The notes beneath the pieces were generated by a model. The model saw nothing but the letters and a program-made list of their open reading frames with translations. It searched no databases and was not told the DNA's origin. The translations under genes and the position numbers were made by a program. From Coleofasciculus sp. B1-GNL1-01 (GTDB lineage Bacteria > Cyanobacteriota > Cyanobacteriia > Cyanobacteriales > Coleofasciculaceae), in assembly GCA_040220235.1 (NCBI GenBank), contig JAVJTO010000145.1: DNA of 48,276 nt. One strand, 5' to 3'. Shown piece by piece: positions 29,646 to 40,425 of the stretch. Position 1 is the stretch's first letter. Every line of letters begins with the position of its first letter.

Positions 29646-29692
29646 GGCGATTGAAATCGCTGCTATACAAACAAAGTCCGCCTGCGCGGACT
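29646..29692 (+). repeat. Double-hairpin dispersed repeat; expanded copy at 34953-35030
   Basis: GGCGATTGAAATCGCTGCTAYACAAA..AGTCCGCCTRCGCGGACT in both places. Confidence 0.8.
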
Positions 29693-29819
29693 GGGTTATA
29701 AGGGGGGTAGCTAACCCGAATTTGAAATGATGAATGATACCATGTCCGGCTGGGCAAATGCGTCTATCGTACCCATAGTTATGAGGAAGGGAGCATTAGC
29801 CTCCTACTCTCCTACCCTT

Positions 29820-30632
29820 CTACTGATATTTAACAAAATAATCAATATGCTGAGCGACAATTCCCGGTACGGTTTCCGCTAAGTCATTTCCGGCTTGGTC
29901 AATCATCTGTAATTTAGTATTAGGACTATGGTTGGCATAAGTTTGAGCATGGTTAATCACCTCAAGGGAGTCTTGTCTTCCTTGGAGAATCAACGTGGGT
30001 ATATCTAAGTCGGGTAAATGTTCGTGTAATAATTCGGCTTGAATTTCCAGGCGCCGTCGCCGGAACAACAATTGGCAAGCTGTCGGGGATTGCAGCAATT
30101 GTTGTCGCTGTTTTAACGCTCTCTCAATCTCTTTGTGACGCCCAAACATCCGCGCTAGAGGTAAGAGCGATCGCAGAATAGTATAGGCAAGGGGAGGACG
30201 CCCGACTAACCACCTTAGCCACTGCCAATTTTTCCAGTTTCCATCTCCCCGAATCCCTTCAGGTGCTAATAACACCAGTCCCTGAACCTGTTCCGGGTGA
30301 CGCAGCGCATAACTAGCGGCAATCCAAGCGCCTAAAGAATGACCCACCAGATAGACTTGGGGGAGGTGTAACGCCTCGATGAAGTTAAACAAACACTCAA
30401 CCTCAACCTGAATCGAGTAGTGCAGTTTCGGCGTTTCTGAGTCACCAAATCCCAATAAGTCAAGGGCAAAGCAGTGATACTCTTGATGCAGGTACTCAAT
30501 TAGGGGTAGCCACTGACTACTATCGCTCCAAGACCCATGTAAAAATATAAGAGTGGGTCCAGTACCCACTTCACGCCAAAAGACTTGCCCCAAAGGTAGC
30601 TTAATACGGGAATTGCGTAAGGTTAAATTCAT
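29820..30632 (-). CDS. Alpha/beta fold hydrolase family protein
   Basis: FLHGSW, DLLGFGDS, GHSLG nucleophile elbow. Confidence 0.9.
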   Translation of the reverse strand: MNLTLRNSRIKLPLGQVFWREVGTGPTLIFLHGSWSDSSQWLPLIEYLHQEYHCFALDLLGFGDSETPKLHYSIQVEVECLFNFIEALHLPQVYLVGHSLGAWIAASYALRHPEQVQGLVLLAPEGIRGDGNWKNWQWLRWLVGRPPLAYTILRSLLPLARMFGRHKEIERALKQRQQLLQSPTACQLLFRRRRLEIQAELLHEHLPDLDIPTLILQGRQDSLEVINHAQTYANHSPNTKLQMIDQAGNDLAETVPGIVAQHIDYFVKYQ

Positions 30633-30702
30633 CCTAGTTGCCGGGTGTTTCCAAACTCAACACTTAAAGTAGCAGGCTACGTCTAGCTCTCAAAACTTAC
30701 CA

Positions 30703-31158
30703 TTAGGCAACAGTGGTTTTACCATCAAAATAGTCCTGCAACTGTCGCCCATGATCGTGACTCAGGTTGCCCATGGGGATCGCTGCACGCTCAAAGGCTT
30801 GAACTGCTGTAATTTCCCACACATCGTTTATCTGCATCGTTCCCTGAACCTCCGCTTCGACTACAACACAAACCGAATGAACTCTGGGATCGCGATCGGC
30901 GGCTGAGTAGATTCCCACCAATCGGCGAATTGCCAGCAACTCTAGTCCCGTTTCTTCTGCCAACTCCCGCCGCACGGTTGTGGGAATGTCTTGACCCCAG
31001 TCCACCATCCCTCCAGGTAATCCCCATTTTCCGTTATCACGACGCCGAATCAGTACAATTTGTCCATCGGGTAAAACAGGGATAATACTTGTACCGAGGA
31101 CTGGATGGCGGAAAATAATCCCCAATACCGTTTGGACAAAATACCAAATACGACCCAT
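30703..31158 (-). CDS. NUDIX hydrolase
   Basis: Nudix box GGMVDWGQDIPTTVRRELAEETGL. Confidence 0.93.
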   Translation of the reverse strand: MGRIWYFVQTVLGIIFRHPVLGTSIIPVLPDGQIVLIRRRDNGKWGLPGGMVDWGQDIPTTVRRELAEETGLELLAIRRLVGIYSAADRDPRVHSVCVVVEAEVQGTMQINDVWEITAVQAFERAAIPMGNLSHDHGRQLQDYFDGKTTVA

Positions 31159-31420
31159 GGATTCAGATGGTTATGGAACAGGTAAATGACTGACTACAAA
31201 CTGTTATCATAATCTGATTCTTTTCATTCAGACATGATGGGCATCATTGAAAATTCCTGCCAAGATACACTAGGATGGGACAAACTGGGTTGGATGGTGT
31301 AACACTGCTACTATAGACAAGCCCCAGCTTACCCCCCCCTATTGCTTAGACACTGGACGAGGCAGAAAGCGGGGGATTAGGGTAACAGACACAGATATCG
31401 TTTTTTATCAAGAGGTCAAC

Positions 31421-31627
31421 ATGGCAAAGCGCCGCAATCCTAAAAAAGAAAAGGCGCAACGAAACGAAGCTTACGCTCGTAAGTTCCGAAAAAGCAAGAC
31501 GACAGGAAATTTTTCCCGAAATCGGCGGTATAATCGACCTCCGAGGGATAATAACGACTCGGAAACAGAAGGGGATTCAGAATCGAAGCAAGCGGATTCT
31601 AATAGTCAGAATTCGGACTCTAGGTGA
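31421..31627 (+). CDS. Small basic hypothetical protein (68 aa)
   Basis: GAGG RBS; K/R-rich N-terminus MAKRRNPKKEKAQRNEAYARKFRK; acidic Ser-rich tail. Confidence 0.85.
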   Translation: MAKRRNPKKEKAQRNEAYARKFRKSKTTGNFSRNRRYNRPPRDNNDSETEGDSESKQADSNSQNSDSR

Positions 31628-31716
31628 TCCCCTAACTCTTTCGGCTAAAGAGGAGTAGGGGCAATTCATAAATTGCCCCTACCGCTAAGGTGGCTTGTCC
31701 CCACTCTCCCTTCTGT

Positions 31717-32616
31717 TTACCAACGTGCTTGGGGTCCCGTCCAAACCTGGTTAACGACTTGACCATACACAATGGGTTCATCATCAAAGGCGAGGTTGGT
31801 TTCACCTTGGAAATCAACGGACAACACGGGCCAACGTTCTTCACCTAGTTCACCGACGCGAAACAGAACCTGATCGGAATGGGTTTGACTCCACCCCAAT
31901 AAGACAGCATGGGTATAGTCAATGGGTTCAGGGGCGACGGTATACGTGCGATTTTTCTGGCGATCCCAAATCACCGCATAATCCGAAGCAAAGGATGTAC
32001 TGAACAGCCCTTCAAACTGTCTTGCTAAAAGGCGATCGCTAGACGGAGACCAAGACACGGGGAGCAAAATGGCGAATGTTCCTGGCATATCCGCATCTTC
32101 ATTACTGACTAAAGGATTATCAGATAAGGGAGATGATGCCGTAAGCGTTTGCAAATCCCCGGTCTGCAAATCTTCTAGGAACATCACGCTGGTAACCCGG
32201 CTGCGATAGAATTCAGGTTGCCCTTGCATGGAAATGCGGCTATAGGCGGCATATTGACCGTCTGGAGAAATCAATGATTGGCTACGGTAGTAGCGTAAAC
32301 CAAAGGTATCACTCGCGGCTAGTTCCGCTTGAGTCGTCAACACCCAATTCCAAGGGACGGGATGAGGACTATCGAGAGGATCAATCGGCTCTACGGTCTC
32401 AATCATATCGGGAGCAGTTTCTTCAGTCACGTCGGGATTCGCTAGAGAAGAAGACACCGATGGATCTATTCCTAGAGGGACATGGGTGGGTTCAGGCGTA
32501 TGAGCCTGTTGAGCTTGGGTAGATACGTTAGAAGTCATCAGTAGCCAAGGAGCGAACAGTAACAGGTATGGTTGTGAATAAAACCATCTGAATAAGCGGA
32601 CTATTATTTTGAACAT
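31717..32616 (-). CDS. Exported hypothetical protein (beta-rich)
   Basis: 299-aa ORF; signal-like N-terminus; SPDGQYAAYSR and PVSWS motifs. Confidence 0.8.
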   Translation of the reverse strand: MFKIIVRLFRWFYSQPYLLLFAPWLLMTSNVSTQAQQAHTPEPTHVPLGIDPSVSSSLANPDVTEETAPDMIETVEPIDPLDSPHPVPWNWVLTTQAELAASDTFGLRYYRSQSLISPDGQYAAYSRISMQGQPEFYRSRVTSVMFLEDLQTGDLQTLTASSPLSDNPLVSNEDADMPGTFAILLPVSWSPSSDRLLARQFEGLFSTSFASDYAVIWDRQKNRTYTVAPEPIDYTHAVLLGWSQTHSDQVLFRVGELGEERWPVLSVDFQGETNLAFDDEPIVYGQVVNQVWTGPQARW

Positions 32617-32797
32617 CGATATAGGTGAGGTTGCTAAACGGTGCGTCTTGTGTGAGGAGCAACGTTTTGGGAACTATGGCAGTGTTCTTTAGTCTATGTA
32701 TATCAAGCTAAGGAACCCTACAACTCAACCTTTTTACGAAAGTTTTCACTTATGCCTGGAGATTAGGGATTAGGGAAAAGTTTTGAGTTTTGAGTTA

Positions 32798-32867
32798 ACT
32801 CCCCCATCTCCCTCATCTCCCTCATCTCCCTCATCTCCCTCATTTCCCTCGTCTCCCCGTCTCCCTT
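32798..32867. repeat. Degenerate 9-mer tandem repeat (CTCCCTCAT)
   Basis: Tandem units visible; related to 47150-47229 and ~6860-6880. Confidence 0.85.
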
Positions 32868-32970
32868 GTCTAGTTAGAGGTGGTGATAAACTTCTGGCAA
32901 GTGGCATGATCGAATTAATGGATGTATTGGTGTTATTCTTCTAAGGTCTGAATAAAATTCAGGAAAATCG

Positions 32971-33852
32971 GTGATTCAATCCGCTAATTCAGCAGACAAA
33001 ACGACTTCTGCCTCTGTGAGGTCTCAACGCCCTTGGTTTCTCGTTTTTATATTCCGAGTGCTATTATTGGGCGTCAGTGGCGGCGTAGCCCTAATTGTGG
33101 GCATTGTCCTTGCCACGTTCTATCCCAGAACCAACCCAGAAAAACCCTTTTTCCTCAAAATGGCAAGCCATTTTGAAGAGCAGATGCCAGTCGTTTCTCC
33201 CCATACTACCCCAACATCGATACCAGAACCGACAGGTTCGCCACCTCAACTTACTCCTGTACAGAGACAACAGGTGCAAGCCCAGCTTACCCAACTGCAA
33301 GGTCAACTGCGATCATTGAGTGAGGGAGTTGCCACCTTAGAAGCCCAACTGGGCAGTAGTCGCCCCAATGAATCCTTAGAAGCCCGATTGCAAGCGATCG
33401 CGCTGCAACTTGACGGCGTTCAACCTCCCCCTGAAGAGGCAACATCCAATGGGAATAATCCGAATGCCACTGTAATGGCAGCTTCATCGGACTCATTCGG
33501 TTCTAGCCAAACCTTGAAGGTGACGTTACCGAGTGATGTTTTATTTGAGGGCAACAACAGCCTACTGCGTCCAGAAGCAGGCTTGATTTTAGACAAAATT
33601 ATTGCAGATTTACGTAACTATCCGTCAAGTACCATCCGCATCGCCGCTCATACAGATAGCCAGGGTGAACCTGAGGATAATCGCGAACTGTCATTTCGTT
33701 ATGCCAAAGCTGTGGAGCAATATTTCGCTCGTGCTTTGGGGGATGACTACCGATGGTTAGTTGTCGGTTATGGTGAAACTCGTCCCCTTGTGGCAAATGA
33801 TACCGATGCGAATCAGCAACGCAATCGCCGAATTGAAATTGCTGTCGAGTAA
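32971..33852 (+). CDS. OmpA/MotB C-terminal domain membrane protein
   Basis: N-terminal TM, coiled coil, [31 protein letters not shown]. Confidence 0.9.
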   Translation: MIQSANSADKTTSASVRSQRPWFLVFIFRVLLLGVSGGVALIVGIVLATFYPRTNPEKPFFLKMASHFEEQMPVVSPHTTPTSIPEPTGSPPQLTPVQRQQVQAQLTQLQGQLRSLSEGVATLEAQLGSSRPNESLEARLQAIALQLDGVQPPPEEATSNGNNPNATVMAASSDSFGSSQTLKVTLPSDVLFEGNNSLLRPEAGLILDKIIADLRNYPSSTIRIAAHTDSQGEPEDNRELSFRYAKAVEQYFARALGDDYRWLVVGYGETRPLVANDTDANQQRNRRIEIAVE

Positions 33853-33932
33853 AATTGTTATTCGTCATACTCGCTATCGCGAGAAGCAAGCTACGTCATT
33901 TGTCATTCGTCAGTTTTTGCCTGAAAGTTAAA

Positions 33933-34928
33933 ATGAACGTTATTTTCTTCGGTACGCCTCAATTCGCTGTACCTGCTTTAGAACGCTTAATCAACCATTC
34001 AGACTTTAATGTTCTGGGTGTAGTAACTCAACCCGATAAACGTCGAGGGCGGGGAAATAAACTATCTCCTTCACCCATAAAAACCTTGGCGCTAACTCAT
34101 CAACTGCACGTCTGGCAACCCAAACGGGTGAAAAAGCATACAGAAACCCTGAGCCAACTCAAACAAGCCGAGGCAGATGTATTTGTCGTTGTTGCTTATG
34201 GACAGATTCTGTCTCAAGAAATTCTCGATATGCCCAGACTCGGCTGTGTGAATGTCCATGGTTCACTGTTGCCGAAATACCGGGGAGCCGCCCCAATCCA
34301 GTGGTGTTTGTATCAGGGCGAAACCGAAACTGGCATTACTACGATGCTTATGGATGCTGGGATGGACACGGGACCGATGTTACTGAAGGCTCACACACCC
34401 ATTGGGCTATTAGACGATGCCCATCAGTTAGCTGTAAGACTGTCGGATTTGGGGGCGGATTTGTTAATCGAAACGCTGCTGAAGTTAAACCAAGGGGATG
34501 TTCAACCCATCGCCCAGGATAATTCCCAAGCTACTTATGCACCTTTGATTCAAAAGTCCGATTATGCTGTCGATTGGTCACGATCTGCCATAGAAATACA
34601 CAATCAGATCAGAGGATTTATACCGAATTGTGTCGCCTCATTTCGGGATCAATCACTGAAAATCCTGGCGACTGCTCCTCTGGGAGAGGCTTACTTTCCC
34701 CAGTTACCTACAGATTTAAAGATTCCGGAGCAACAATGGTTGTCTGTACGAGAAGCCTCTGGGCGTCCCGGAGAAGTGGTGAGTATTATTAAGGGACTTG
34801 GACTGATTATTCAAACAGGTGAAGGATTGTTGCTACTGCGCGACGTTAAGCTAGCGGGTAAACGCGCTCAGTCTGCTTGGGATTTTGTCAATGGTATGCG
34901 GGTAGCTGTGGGAGAGGTTTTAGCATAA
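33933..34928 (+). CDS. fmt: Methionyl-tRNA formyltransferase
   Basis: [42 protein letters not shown]; start moved to ATG 33933. Confidence 0.97.
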   Translation: MNVIFFGTPQFAVPALERLINHSDFNVLGVVTQPDKRRGRGNKLSPSPIKTLALTHQLHVWQPKRVKKHTETLSQLKQAEADVFVVVAYGQILSQEILDMPRLGCVNVHGSLLPKYRGAAPIQWCLYQGETETGITTMLMDAGMDTGPMLLKAHTPIGLLDDAHQLAVRLSDLGADLLIETLLKLNQGDVQPIAQDNSQATYAPLIQKSDYAVDWSRSAIEIHNQIRGFIPNCVASFRDQSLKILATAPLGEAYFPQLPTDLKIPEQQWLSVREASGRPGEVVSIIKGLGLIIQTGEGLLLLRDVKLAGKRAQSAWDFVNGMRVAVGEVLA

Positions 34929-35081
34929 TCGGCGAGAAGTCAAGCAAGAGGAGGCGATTGAAATCGCTGCTACACAAATGTATGCGAAGCCTTCCCGAAG
35001 GGTAGTCCGCCTAGTCCGCCTACGCGGACTAAGGAGAAGGAGAAAATTAATACAGCGCTTTTCAAGCGAGGTACACAGAAC

Positions 35082-35114
35082 AGATCCCCGACTTCTCCAA
35101 GAAGTCGGGGATCT
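35082..35114. terminator. Perfect 15-bp palindrome between convergent genes (REP-like or terminator)
   Basis: AGATCCCCGACTTCT-CCA-AGAAGTCGGGGATCT. Confidence 0.6.
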
Positions 35115-35134
35115 TGCTTAGAGGAGTCAGTTGA

Positions 35135-35596
35135 TTAATACCAATCTGGAACGACGTCTTCTGCTCCTTCACCCCCTACACCGATGCCTGTGTAGAATAT
35201 GTCAGCATTACTGATGGTCATATCCTGCATTGATGCGCCATAGACGTTGGCATCGTAAATCGTGGCTTCTGTAAAATCAACCCGGTTTAAATTGGCTTCT
35301 TTCATATCCGCATTGGTGACAAAAGCGCCTGTCAAATTCGCCCCTGCCAAATTTGCCTCGCGTAGATCAGCACCTTCAAGGTTCGCGTGGCTCAGGTTGG
35401 CACCTTGCAGATTTGCCTCTCTCAAGTCAGCGCCAATCAGATGGGCACCTCTGAGATTGGCTCCCGATAGATCGCAGTTTGCACAGGCTCCAGTGGATAA
35501 TAACTGTTGCACATGAAGTGGATTTTCAGCTTTGACGGAGCTAGCGAACACTAGGGGAGTCAGTAAGGTTATCATTGCTAGAATCTTATGTTTCAT
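35135..35596 (-). CDS. Exported pentapeptide repeat protein
   Basis: Signal peptide (SVKA-EN), CANCDLSGANL, A(D/N)Lxx repeats; AAGGGG RBS before ATG 35596. Confidence 0.92.
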   Translation of the reverse strand: MKHKILAMITLLTPLVFASSVKAENPLHVQQLLSTGACANCDLSGANLRGAHLIGADLREANLQGANLSHANLEGADLREANLAGANLTGAFVTNADMKEANLNRVDFTEATIYDANVYGASMQDMTISNADIFYTGIGVGGEGAEDVVPDWY

Positions 35597-35887
35597 AAGT
35601 TCCCCCTTTATTTTCAAGTTTTTTCCGTTCTTTACCTCACAATCCTATTATCTCATTAAATGAGCCGAAATGTAAATTATACTAAGGAGCTATACTAAAA
35701 AATCAAGGTTTCTTCACAGAAGCAAGTTCCGGTGAAAAATACTCCTTAAGGATGAAAGGGATTCTCTCGATATTTTTCGCTATTCTATCCAGAGACCTGA
35801 TCATGCCTCTGCCTGGAGGGGGGGGAGCTGATTACAAAATTGTTACCTTTTTCATGAATCAGCCGAGAATTCTGAATGATGAATCCC

Positions 35888-36343
35888 TCATTTTTCTGCC
35901 GTACCCCGTTGCTTAGTCAACTGGTCAATTGTATCGCCAATGACTGCGGTTAAGCTGTTGCGGGTTTGGGCGTGATTAGCTTGCTCGATTTTTAAGGCAT
36001 TGATCAGGCGATCGCGCTCCATCATCACCTGGATCAGTTTTTGTTGCACCTGTTCTAGGGTTTGCAGTTTTGCCACCTCCTGTTCAATAGCAGAGGTAGC
36101 GTCAGGATCTTGAGCTTTTAATTGAGCCTTCTCCTGTTGCAGTTGCTGAACTTCAAGTGTGAGGGCGTCGAGCTGTTGTTGGGCGAGTCGGGCTTCAGTG
36201 CGGCGTTGCTGGGCTTCAGTATTGTAGAGGCGACGCCAGTTAGCCGCAGATTCATTGGCAGCATCGCGATCGCGAATACTATCGGCAAGTTGCTGTTTGA
36301 GTTCCTTGATTTCGGCTAACCATTGTCTGACATCGTTGCTCAT
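35888..36343 (-). CDS. Coiled-coil hypothetical protein
   Basis: 151-aa Q/E/L-rich ORF; AGGAG RBS. Confidence 0.85.
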   Translation of the reverse strand: MSNDVRQWLAEIKELKQQLADSIRDRDAANESAANWRRLYNTEAQQRRTEARLAQQQLDALTLEVQQLQQEKAQLKAQDPDATSAIEQEVAKLQTLEQVQQKLIQVMMERDRLINALKIEQANHAQTRNSLTAVIGDTIDQLTKQRGTAEK

Positions 36344-36447
36344 CGCAGACTGCTCCTGTAGGGGGTTCTGGACAAATAGGGCGTTGTGTAGATCCCTATA
36401 CTGACTCCTGTTTATATTTAAGGGTCTAAAAATTTGGCACAGTAAGG

Positions 36448-37413
36448 GTGAACGATACTGCTAGCCCACCCCTTATGCTACGTCCCCGTCTACTCCGTTT
36501 CTTACATTTTTTTCGTTATCTGAATCTGGCAACCCTGAGAATCACCGTCAGTCGTGCCTTAAAACATCGGCTCTTGAGTTTGTCCTCTCAGATGGCATAT
36601 AACGCCATGTTAGCCCTGTTTCCCGCAATTTTGGTGATTTTCACCGTGATTGAGTTATTCAAACAATTTTTCCCCTGGACGAATCCAGCCGATCAACTCG
36701 GTGAAGTCGCGCCAGAACAGGCGATGCAACTGATGCGTAATTTTGCCGAGGGAATTAACCTCACAGACAATCGCGGTTTATTTTCCTTAAGCTTCATTAT
36801 GGCAATTTGGGTGTCTTCGGGGGCGCTGAATGCGGCGATGAATGCCCTTGACCAAATTAATCAAATTCCCTCAGAAAAAACTCGACCCTTTTGGAAAGCT
36901 AAATTGATTGCTATGGGGTTGACCCTAGGCAGTGTTTTACTCCTATTCATCGCCTCATTTATCTTGTTTATTAGTAACTGGGCGGTCAACTTGGTGGAAT
37001 ATAAAAGTATTGTTGTGATCTTGTTGACCCTCTTACGGCTTTTAAGTTGGTTGATTGCCTTAAGCTTAGTTGCCATCGTCTTTGCGATTATCTACCGCTT
37101 TGGCATCAGCCACTGGCGTCAGGGAAACCCGATTATACCGGGAGCCGTTTTAGCTGCCGTATTATGGGCGATTGTATCTGGCGTGTTTCGGAATTATGTG
37201 GCGTCGAATTTCAGCAATTATCACAAAATTTATGGCGCTTTGGGGGCAGTGATTGTTTTACAGCTTTGGTTATATATGACATCTCTGGTACTTTTATTAG
37301 GAGATCAACTTAATCTTACAGTAGGAGAAGCAATGCAAGCGGCTAAAGAGCGCTCAATTGAGAAACCTGAGTTAAAAGCAATATCTGAGATATCCGAATC
37401 CAAAATCCAATGA
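36448..37413 (+). CDS. YihY/BrkB family membrane protein (start may be ATG 36475)
   Basis: AYNAMLALFP, MNALDQI, YGALGAVIVLQLWLY. Confidence 0.92.
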   Translation: MNDTASPPLMLRPRLLRFLHFFRYLNLATLRITVSRALKHRLLSLSSQMAYNAMLALFPAILVIFTVIELFKQFFPWTNPADQLGEVAPEQAMQLMRNFAEGINLTDNRGLFSLSFIMAIWVSSGALNAAMNALDQINQIPSEKTRPFWKAKLIAMGLTLGSVLLLFIASFILFISNWAVNLVEYKSIVVILLTLLRLLSWLIALSLVAIVFAIIYRFGISHWRQGNPIIPGAVLAAVLWAIVSGVFRNYVASNFSNYHKIYGALGAVIVLQLWLYMTSLVLLLGDQLNLTVGEAMQAAKERSIEKPELKAISEISESKIQ

Positions 37414-37883
37414 CTCATAATTCCAAAACGTCTACTCTCCGGCGTCTGCGTCGGTTAAGCCATCTGCTTGACAATGCCATTCCCATTCCGGGAACACCAT
37501 GGCGTTTCGGTCTAGATCCTGTGTTAGGTTTGTTACCCGGGGCAGGTGATTTTTTAGGAACAGCTTTCTCTGCCTATATCGTAATCGAAGCAGCACGGAT
37601 AGGTATCCCGCGATCGCTATTAGGACAAATGGTTATTAATATTCTTTTGGATACAGTCATTGGTTCTGTACCCGTCGTGGGCGATATTGCTGATGCAACC
37701 TGGAAAGCAAATGCTAAAAATATCGAACTGCTGGAAACGTATTGGGATAGTCCTCAACCTGAAAAACAGACGGATTGGTTTTTTCTGGTCTGGCTTTTGC
37801 TAGGGTTACTTATAGCCGTAACCCTTATCGCTACTCTTAGCTTGCTGGTCATCAAAGGATTTTTGGCAGTCATAAACTTTTAA
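37410..37883 (+). CDS. DUF4112 domain protein
   Basis: LLDNAIPIPGT..GLDPVLGLLPGAGD, IGSVPVVGD..WKAN. Confidence 0.9.
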   Translation: MTHNSKTSTLRRLRRLSHLLDNAIPIPGTPWRFGLDPVLGLLPGAGDFLGTAFSAYIVIEAARIGIPRSLLGQMVINILLDTVIGSVPVVGDIADATWKANAKNIELLETYWDSPQPEKQTDWFFLVWLLLGLLIAVTLIATLSLLVIKGFLAVINF

Positions 37884-38704
37884 ACAGTGGCATAAAATAT
37901 ACACTCCGGTTCCTCATTCCTATAGATATAGTCATAGTCAAACGTCAAAAAATCCAGATTACAGCTTATGGAAAATCCTAAATTTAGGATTATTTGATGG
38001 GTGAAAGTAGATAAAACTAATTCAAGGAGTTTCTTTTCAGAAACATTGGGCTGCTTGATATAGTAATCGCGCTTAGCAAAAAATACCTTTTCATTTTTCG
38101 GTACAACAATCCCATTAATTCGATGAGCATATTGGATAGGCTTAATATAACTTCGGATAAAACTTTCTTGATTTTTCTGAAGCTGATACAATCGCTCGTG
38201 TTGTAGCCAGCTCATCTGAAATATCATTTTGATCACTTCACAGCCCAAAATATAATTGAAAAGATTATGACGTTCTTCTGGACTGTGAATCAGTCGCAGC
38301 ACAAACTCTAAATAGAGTTCGGGTTCTTTTTGTAACGTTTGTGCTGAATGAATACAAAATTGTTCGATATAGCTGTTTAACACCAAAGGATTGAGTTCTT
38401 TTTCAATACAGAATTTTCGCAAATACTTGGTGACTAGCTGAAGGCGGATTCGATCTTGCAAAATCTCTTCCACCAAGCTATCAGCTACATAATCATCTAA
38501 AAAACCCGTCAACTCAGCTTGCATTTCTGGTGAAGTCGCACACATTAAATAACAAAGGGACATAATATGCTTTCGCTGATCTGAGGGAAGGGTATTTGCC
38601 CATTTTTTTACAGCTAATGTAATCTTCTCTAGGACGCCAATCCCTTGAGTTTCTTCTAGACTGTTCGAGTTCTTGGTTAGCATCGTTGAAACTATCATAA
38701 ACAA
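37880..38704 (-). CDS. Hypothetical protein, paralog of 39055-39858 (start uncertain, possibly 38683)
   Basis: Shares FQMSWLQHER, YIKPIQ, FFAKRDY, FDYD..EPECIF with its neighbour. Confidence 0.85.
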   Translation of the reverse strand: MFMIVSTMLTKNSNSLEETQGIGVLEKITLAVKKWANTLPSDQRKHIMSLCYLMCATSPEMQAELTGFLDDYVADSLVEEILQDRIRLQLVTKYLRKFCIEKELNPLVLNSYIEQFCIHSAQTLQKEPELYLEFVLRLIHSPEERHNLFNYILGCEVIKMIFQMSWLQHERLYQLQKNQESFIRSYIKPIQYAHRINGIVVPKNEKVFFAKRDYYIKQPNVSEKKLLELVLSTFTHQIILNLGFSISCNLDFLTFDYDYIYRNEEPECIFYATV

Positions 38705-39054
38705 AGGTTTTAGCAGTCACGGTCAGGTAAATAATCAATTTAACAGCATCTTTGCGGATCTGCCAACTGATCGCTTATCTGTTCCGTCTCCGCTTTGATT
38801 ACAATTCTTAAACAATAGCCAAATTCTTTAACAGAGCCATTAGGCTAGATTCAACCCTTCACCACGCCCTTGAATATATCAGTCCCAGTCTCTTAGTGAT
38901 TTATTAGACAATTACTTAACCCTGTCTGTCAAGTCTTTCTATGGAAAAATTTAGATATCAGAGGAGAAGCTTTATTTTTTTTTACAATCCTTAGACTTTT
39001 TCAGTCTAGATGACATCAATAACTGAAAATTAGGGTGTCAACGTCTAAGCCTGA

Positions 39055-39858
39055 TCAGCAAAGAAAAATGCATTCTGGTTCTGAGTTAAAAATAGAGTCA
39101 TAGTCAAACATAACAAAATCAAGATTATGGCTAATAAAAAAGCCAAGGTTACTGACTTGAGCGGTTGTAAAGGTAGACATTAGTAACTCAGTTAATTGTT
39201 TGTCTCTAATATCCGGCTTTTTGATAAAGTAATCCCGCTTAGCAAAGAAAAGGGTTTCGTCTTTAGGGACAATCAGACCATTCAAGCGATGGGTATGTTG
39301 AATGGGCTTAATATAATGGTTAATAAAATATTCCTGGTTTTTCTGTAAACGATAAAATCGCTCATGTTGCAGCCAGCTCATTTGGAACAGCATTTTGATA
39401 ATTTCACTACCTAAGATGTAATGAAATAGATTATTCCGCTCTTCGGGATCATTAATGAGATGGAGAACAGATTCTAAATACTTGATGTCGCGATCAGGTT
39501 TGGAGCGTAAGTCTTGGGTCGAATGAATGTAATACTGTTTAATATAGCCTTTTAATACAGTATTCGTGAGTTTTTGCTTGATATGTAGTTTTTTGAACGA
39601 GCGAGTTACCCAATCTTTAGGGGCTTGCTCTTGGAGAAGTTTTAACACTAAGCTGTCTGCTGTATAGTTGTCTAAAAATTCTGCTTGTTTATCTAAGGGA
39701 ACCGTACAGATTAAATGACACAGCGATAAAACATAGCGTCGCTCTTCCCAGGATAAATCATTAATCCATTGAAGAACTTCTGGAGGAATGAGATCAAAGA
39801 TACTTATCGTCTTTAGGTGTTCGGAATCAACGGGAATTGTAGGGTTTAATGTAGTCAT
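39055..39858 (-). CDS. Hypothetical protein, paralog of 37880-38704
   Basis: Same motif set; no recognisable catalytic signature. Confidence 0.87.
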   Translation of the reverse strand: MTTLNPTIPVDSEHLKTISIFDLIPPEVLQWINDLSWEERRYVLSLCHLICTVPLDKQAEFLDNYTADSLVLKLLQEQAPKDWVTRSFKKLHIKQKLTNTVLKGYIKQYYIHSTQDLRSKPDRDIKYLESVLHLINDPEERNNLFHYILGSEIIKMLFQMSWLQHERFYRLQKNQEYFINHYIKPIQHTHRLNGLIVPKDETLFFAKRDYFIKKPDIRDKQLTELLMSTFTTAQVSNLGFFISHNLDFVMFDYDSIFNSEPECIFLC

Positions 39859-40008
39859 AACCTGAAGCTGTCATCATTAGGGAAACAACAAGACTCTATT
39901 CGCGATCGCGTGCGGGATGATTCTCCTCCTAGAGATACTACCGCAACCTAGAAAAATCAACCCCTGTTTATCGTCAGTCGCCAGCCTTCTATCCGATCCC
40001 CGACACCC

Positions 40009-40058
40009 GCCCGGAGTTCAAACTCCGGGCTAAAAGCTCAAGTCCACTAAAGTGGACT
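40009..40058. repeat. Double-palindrome repeat; similar layout at ~28946-28994
   Basis: GCCCGGAGTT-C-AAACTCCGGGC plus AGTCCACT-AA-AGTGGACT; compare AACCCGTT-TT-AACGGGTT plus GCCAGAACT..AGTTCTAGGC. Confidence 0.65.
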
Positions 40059-40425
40059 AAAACTTTTAATCCGAATGGTACTAACTTAAAGCTGATAGAT
40101 AGTACCTAACCTACGGTATAGCAAGAGTTCCGGCGATTCCAAAATGAATCCTGATAAAGCGGATAAAAATAACGAAATAACGAAATGAACGACCTTGGAG
40201 ATTTTGACCCGAAAAATCCTGGGGCATAACGGGAACAGGGGAGTAGCCAACCTTACTATAGGCATAGCATAATTGATGCCAAAAAAGTGAGCTGAATCCT
40301 TGCCGATTGGCATATCTTGTGCATTACCCACACCAGTCTCACCCCTATTACTCTAGTGGTGGCGTCCCTCTATAATTTGAGAAGCTGTAATCACCCCGTT
40401 TGATCGCTCGACGATTAGCATCCCT

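Noticed and set aside
33855..33932. N-terminal extension of Fmt
   Set aside because: Made of repeat DNA; the conserved protein starts at MNVIFFGTP.
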